Source: an uncultured Acidobacteriaceae bacterium (lineage in GTDB: Bacteria > Acidobacteriota > Terriglobia > Terriglobales > Acidobacteriaceae). From it: a stretch of DNA of 64,000 nucleotides. The notes below the pieces were generated by a model. That model saw nothing but the letters and a program-made list of their open reading frames with translations. It was not told where the DNA came from and ran no database searches. This document shows positions 59,851-64,000 of this stretch, piece by piece (the stretch's first letter is position 1; each line of letters begins with the position of its first letter). The position numbers and the translations under genes are program-made. Location of the stretch: NCBI GenBank assembly GCA_963720245.1, contig CAVREU010000004.1:404469-468468 (forward strand), written 5' to 3'.

Positions 59851-61842
59851 GTGATGCACCCGTTTAGGATTGGGCTCTTCCTACTTGTTTCAGCTTTGGC
59901 CTTGGGTCAGAACGATGAAGCTGCGAGGCGAGTCTACGCCTCATCGCAGGACTCAGTTTTTCTCGTGTACCTCAACGACAGCACTGGAACACCCACGGCT
60001 CTCGGCAGCGCATTTCTCGTTGCACCACGAATTCTGATCACCAACGCCCATGTAGTCGACGCGGGGAGCCCTGTTTTAGCTGTAGGCCCTGTGAGAATTC
60101 CAGTTAAGGTCATTCGCAAAGACGAAAAAAACGATCTCGCGCTTTTGTCCGTTGACATAGATCTCACATCCAAAATCCTTCCCTTTGCAAAAGAGGTCGT
60201 ATCGCCGGGCCAAGAAATATTCGCTATCGGCAATCCGGAGGGACTTGAGAAAACAATCAGTCAAGGGATCGTCTCGGGGATCAGGAGAGACGACAATCGA
60301 GACCTCATCCAGATCACGAGTCCTATTTCGCATGGATCGTCAGGCGGCCCGATCTTAAACACGAAAGGGGAGGTGATCGGTGTGGCCGTGGGCATACTGG
60401 GGGAAGGGCAAAACTTAAATTTCGCCGTTCCCGCGAGTTATGCGCAAACGCTCCTCGAGCAAAAACCGGATACAGCCATCGCAGTGAAGGATGTCTCTGA
60501 AAGCCTCAGCGAGGCGAGAGCCTTAGTTCAGAAAAGAAAAAATGAGGAGTATTCAGCAGACACTTCTTCGCCATACCAACAGGACACAAGCCAATTGCTG
60601 AGCGTTGTGCAGGAACTTAGCGCAAAGCCCAATCGAGTCGACGTGTTGAAGGAATTGACATGCTTCGGAACAGTCGCATATGTGCTTAGCGACTACGGGA
60701 TCAAAGCCGCGCGAGACCTAGTCAAAGCAAATCCTTCGCCGGAAAATCGTGCATTACTCTCCTACATGCTGCTCGATCGTGCTCAGGACGAAGACCTTAC
60801 AGCAGATTTCTCGTCAGACGGAAGTCCTGAGAAAGCAAGTGCCAAGCTCGCACACGATCAATACCTCACCGAAGCAAGCATCGAGGCCAACGAAGCGGAA
60901 AATCAATCAAAAAGCAATCATCCTTTGGTTGCAGACTACGTCTTAGGCAGCGCTGCGACACAGCGCCAGCAATTCGCCGATGCGATAGCGCCCCTCACTC
61001 GAGTCGCTAATGGAAAGCCCACTGTTTGCGGCGACGATTTGGCAGAAAGTGCCTACAGATCCCTGATCGCAGATACTAACAAAATGGGCTCAGCCGGCGA
61101 ATCGGAGAAGTGGTTCAGGCGCTATGCCAGCCTATACGATCCCTCGCCGTATCAATGGGACCTAGAAGGAGATAGAAGAGATTCCGCTCATGATTACGCG
61201 CCCGCAGCCGACGCATACGAGAGAGCTGCGAAGGGCAGCACCTACTATGCATATGATTTTTGCTACGCGGCTGCAGAGCGTTATTTTGAGGAGAAAACTG
61301 ATGCAGACGCAGTCCTCTCCGACGGCCGAAGCTGTGTTGATGCATCTGTCAAAGAAACCAATAAAGACAACCAACGCCTGATTGCTGCAGAATTACCTCT
61401 CGATTATCGACTCATGGCGACTGTTCTAGACCAGCGAGGCGTATACCAGCAAGCGCTAGAGTATGCTAAGGAAGCACTTGCAGCGAAGCCGGATGAGCCC
61501 TACGCCCTCTACACCGAAGCCACTATTTTTTCACATCTTGAGAGGTACACAGAGTGCGTCTCCGCGGCTCAAGCCGCGATCAATCAATCCGACGGAAAGT
61601 ATGGCTGGATGCACTTCCGACTAGGTAACTGCTATTTTTCGCTGGAGAACTGGAGCAAAGCCGCCACCAGCTTCCAATTGGCTGCAGAGGCAGACAAGAC
61701 AGATGCGGCCGCGGCCTACAACCTCGGCCTAAGCCTATCAAGACAAGGGTACTCAGCAGACGCCACGCGATGGTATCGCGAGGCTCTCTCACGAAATCCT
61801 GAAGGTGACTTACGAGCGCAAATACTAGCAGCTTTGAAGTGA
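59851..61842 (+). CDS. Secreted trypsin-like (S1C) serine protease with C-terminal TPR repeats, no PDZ
   Basis: ITNAHVV, NDLALL, ISHGSSGGP triad motifs; signal peptide; TPRs (FRLGNCY, YNLGLSL). Confidence 0.9.
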   Translation: MMHPFRIGLFLLVSALALGQNDEAARRVYASSQDSVFLVYLNDSTGTPTALGSAFLVAPRILITNAHVVDAGSPVLAVGPVRIPVKVIRKDEKNDLALLSVDIDLTSKILPFAKEVVSPGQEIFAIGNPEGLEKTISQGIVSGIRRDDNRDLIQITSPISHGSSGGPILNTKGEVIGVAVGILGEGQNLNFAVPASYAQTLLEQKPDTAIAVKDVSESLSEARALVQKRKNEEYSADTSSPYQQDTSQLLSVVQELSAKPNRVDVLKELTCFGTVAYVLSDYGIKAARDLVKANPSPENRALLSYMLLDRAQDEDLTADFSSDGSPEKASAKLAHDQYLTEASIEANEAENQSKSNHPLVADYVLGSAATQRQQFADAIAPLTRVANGKPTVCGDDLAESAYRSLIADTNKMGSAGESEKWFRRYASLYDPSPYQWDLEGDRRDSAHDYAPAADAYERAAKGSTYYAYDFCYAAAERYFEEKTDADAVLSDGRSCVDASVKETNKDNQRLIAAELPLDYRLMATVLDQRGVYQQALEYAKEALAAKPDEPYALYTEATIFSHLERYTECVSAAQAAINQSDGKYGWMHFRLGNCYFSLENWSKAATSFQLAAEADKTDAAAAYNLGLSLSRQGYSADATRWYREALSRNPEGDLRAQILAALK

Positions 61843-62366
61843 CGACTTGGCAGTACCATGGCGCTGTTGTCAACCTCCTCGAATCCCTAACCCACCACCA
61901 AGCCTGGGCGGACGCCACCCTCCTCACCGCCATCCAGTCCCACCCGAACTCCCTCCACGACGAACAAATCCTCAAGACCCTCCACCACATCGTCATGGTG
62001 CAGCGTCTCTACCCCGCCCGCTTCCTCAACCGGCCATTCGACAAGGAAAAGGAATCCCAGCGGCGCGAAAGTTTCGACCAGCTAGTCCAGCTCTACCGCG
62101 CCACCCACGAAGAGCTGCTGGCCTTCGTCACCAACCTCACCGAAAGCGATCTCGAGCGAAGATTCGAACTGCCCGTCGTGAACTTCCACCCCACCCTCGC
62201 CGAAGGACTCACCCAGGTCTTCATGCACAGCCAGAACCATCGCGGACAGTGCCTCACCCGCCTCCGCGAAAACGGAGCCAGGCCGCCCACCCTCGACTAC
62301 ATCCTCTGGGCCAAAGATCGCCCAGCACCCGCCTGGCCGCAGCAATCAGTCCCAACCCATATCTAG
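61839..62366 (+). CDS. DinB/YfiT-family protein
   Basis: HQAWAD, TLHHI, QVFMHSQNHRGQ, P.LDY motifs; start codon uncertain. Confidence 0.88.
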   Translation: MTTWQYHGAVVNLLESLTHHQAWADATLLTAIQSHPNSLHDEQILKTLHHIVMVQRLYPARFLNRPFDKEKESQRRESFDQLVQLYRATHEELLAFVTNLTESDLERRFELPVVNFHPTLAEGLTQVFMHSQNHRGQCLTRLRENGARPPTLDYILWAKDRPAPAWPQQSVPTHI

Positions 62367-62577
62367 TGCCCGGTTTTGCCGTCAGAAAAAAATGTCAAGA
62401 GGCATCGCCGAAAATACTTTGCAAACTGCTCATTCCATTGGAAGAAAAGGTTGCCAAACTTGGCATAGTGAAAGGGTCTGATTTGGTATTCTAGGAATAG
62501 AGGGTAAGAAGAAAGGGTGGCCAATGGCCGCCCTTTCTCGTTATCCCATTGCTTCCAAGAGGTAACAATGATCCGCA

Positions 62578-62665
62578 CATTGAAAACAAATAACTTAACC
62601 CCAAATGCTTCTTCAAGGCATTGAAAACAAATAACTAAGCCAAAAACACCGGGGGGGAGGGGGGG
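62578..62665. repeat. 18-bp direct repeat plus G7-A-G7 tract in an AT-rich intergenic element
   Basis: CATTGAAAACAAATAACT at 62578-62595 and 62619-62636; GGGGGGGAGGGGGGG at 62651-62665. Confidence 0.8.
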
Positions 62666-62675
62666 TACCTCACCC

Positions 62676-62710
62676 AAAAGAAAAGGCCCGCTCCGAAGAG
62701 CGGGCCTTTC
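62676..62710 (-). terminator. Rho-independent terminator of the Gly-rich gene
   Basis: AAAGGCCCGCTC-TTCG-GAGCGGGCCTTT followed by TCTTTT on the minus strand. Confidence 0.85.
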
Positions 62711-62726
62711 GGTCCTGCAAACCTGC

Positions 62727-63377
62727 TTACCGGTGACCACCGCCACCGCCGTGGAATCCACCACCACCACCGCCATGGAATCCGCCACCGCCGAAGCCAC
62801 CACCATGGAAGCCGCCGCCACCGGAAGGCGCATGGTAACCACCGCCAGAGGGAGCGCGATATCCGCTGCCACCCGCGTAGGCATTGCCGCGGTACGCGCC
62901 GCCTGCATAAGCATTGCCGTGATACGCACCACCGTTGTAGGCGCCGCGATATCCACTGTTACCCGCATAAGCCGTGTGACCGCCGTTGTAGCCGTTATAC
63001 CCGCCGCGATACGGAGTCGCTATCGGACGACCGCCATAACCATAACCGGGATGGCCGTAGTAGCCGTGGCCATATCCATACCAAGGGCCGCGGCCGTACC
63101 AGCCGCCGCGATACCAGGGGCCGGCGCCGATGAAGATGCCGCCCGCAAACCAGCTCGAACCGTAGTAGCCGTAAGGCGAGCAGGCATACGGGTAATACGG
63201 ATAATATCCGTAGGAACAGACTGGCGGTCCGTAGCCATAGCCGTCGCCGTAATAGCCAATTGGGGCGACCACCGGGCCGATCCCAATGCCGACCGACACT
63301 TGCGCATTCGCATGCGTAAAGGCCGCCGGGACCAGGGCCAGTAGACTGAGCAGTAAGAGAGACCTAAGAATACGCAT
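62727..63377 (-). CDS. Secreted Gly/Tyr-rich low-complexity protein
   Basis: Signal peptide ending ANA-Q; VSVGIGIG, PPVCSYGYY..PYACSPYGYYG, GGGFHGG repeats; GAGG SD. Confidence 0.82.
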   Translation of the reverse strand: MRILRSLLLLSLLALVPAAFTHANAQVSVGIGIGPVVAPIGYYGDGYGYGPPVCSYGYYPYYPYACSPYGYYGSSWFAGGIFIGAGPWYRGGWYGRGPWYGYGHGYYGHPGYGYGGRPIATPYRGGYNGYNGGHTAYAGNSGYRGAYNGGAYHGNAYAGGAYRGNAYAGGSGYRAPSGGGYHAPSGGGGFHGGGFGGGGFHGGGGGGFHGGGGGHR

Positions 63378-63599
63378 CTGGTTTGACCTCCTCGCCACTT
63401 CCTCAGTTGCCGCTTTCTGGCAATGCTTCCGAGAGTGGCGCGACTCCGGAGTGGTTCAGCACTCTAAACGAAGTCTAACTTTATAAACATAAGATGCGCC
63501 AGAAAGTTGCGCGCCGCAATACCACCTTCAGGCCATCCGGCCGCAACCCCCGCATTTCACGGGTCCTGCTGCTAAAGTAGCTGAAGCGCACCGGCAGCC

Positions 63600-64000
63600 A
63601 TGTTCGTAAAATCCCAACGCGTTCATTTCATAGGAATTGGCGGCATCGGCATGAGCGGAATCGCCGAGATTCTGCTCAACCTCGGTTACGCCGTCTCCGG
63701 CTCCGACCTGCGCCGCAGCGCAACCACCGACCGCCTCTGCAGCCTCGGCGCAACCGTATTCGAGGGCCACGCGGCGGGAAATGTCGTCGGCTCGGGCGTA
63801 GTCGTGGCCAGCTCCGCCGTGAATGAGCGAAATCCCGAGATCGTCGAGGCGCGCACCCGCAAGATCCCTGTCATCCAGCGCGCCGAGATGCTCGCCGAGC
63901 TGATGCGCCTGAAATACGGCATCGCCGTCGCCGGCATGCACGGCAAAACCACCACAACCTCAATGATTGCAACCGTTCTCGCCGCCGGCGGACTTGACCC
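63600..64000 (+). CDS. murC: UDP-N-acetylmuramate--L-alanine ligase, 3' end outside window
   Basis: [52 protein letters not shown]. Confidence 0.96.
   Translation, partial: MFVKSQRVHFIGIGGIGMSGIAEILLNLGYAVSGSDLRRSATTDRLCSLGATVFEGHAAGNVVGSGVVVASSAVNERNPEIVEARTRKIPVIQRAEMLAELMRLKYGIAVAGMHGKTTTTSMIATVLAAGGLD

Noticed and set aside
1-64000. CRISPR array, prophage, integrase or IS transposase
   Set aside because: No regularly spaced repeat-spacer units and no ORF with phage structural, tyrosine/serine recombinase or DDE motifs seen by eye

Overview
GC-rich bacterial chromosomal window whose gene content points strongly to Acidobacteriota (ADOP-type permease, Oar-like TonB-dependent receptor, TPR and secreted orphan proteins, CCTGAGC..GTCGAAGG REP-like units); the taxon is an inference. 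It holds about 40 CDSs. Housekeeping: fumarase, aceE, citrate synthase, thiO, partial murC and one tRNA-Ala(GGC). The rest is largely envelope, signalling and glycan-related accessory genes. I saw no CRISPR array, prophage, integrase or transposase. At least 13 single-base indels break 7 genes, and 8 of them (all +1) fall in 47.9-52.2 kb. That pattern fits sequencing/consensus error better than true pseudogenes, so several ORF-track fragments were re-joined by hand. Most interesting items: (1) a 1679-aa self-contained phosphorelay-to-c-di-GMP protein with an ethylene-receptor-like membrane domain whose copper-ligand His is replaced by Arg, plus a FixL-like PAS; (2) a secreted, phage-free T4-lysozyme-like protein; (3) an ECF anti-sigma factor ending in a TonB-C-like domain; (4) a complete sigma54/IHF/enhancer layout upstream of an orphan ADOP permease; (5) a carbonic anhydrase gene between two diverged copies of a neighbouring gene's 3' end; (6) a probable class I Fic toxin-antitoxin pair with a variant inhibitory motif. 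All family assignments come from motif recognition by eye; no database searches were run.
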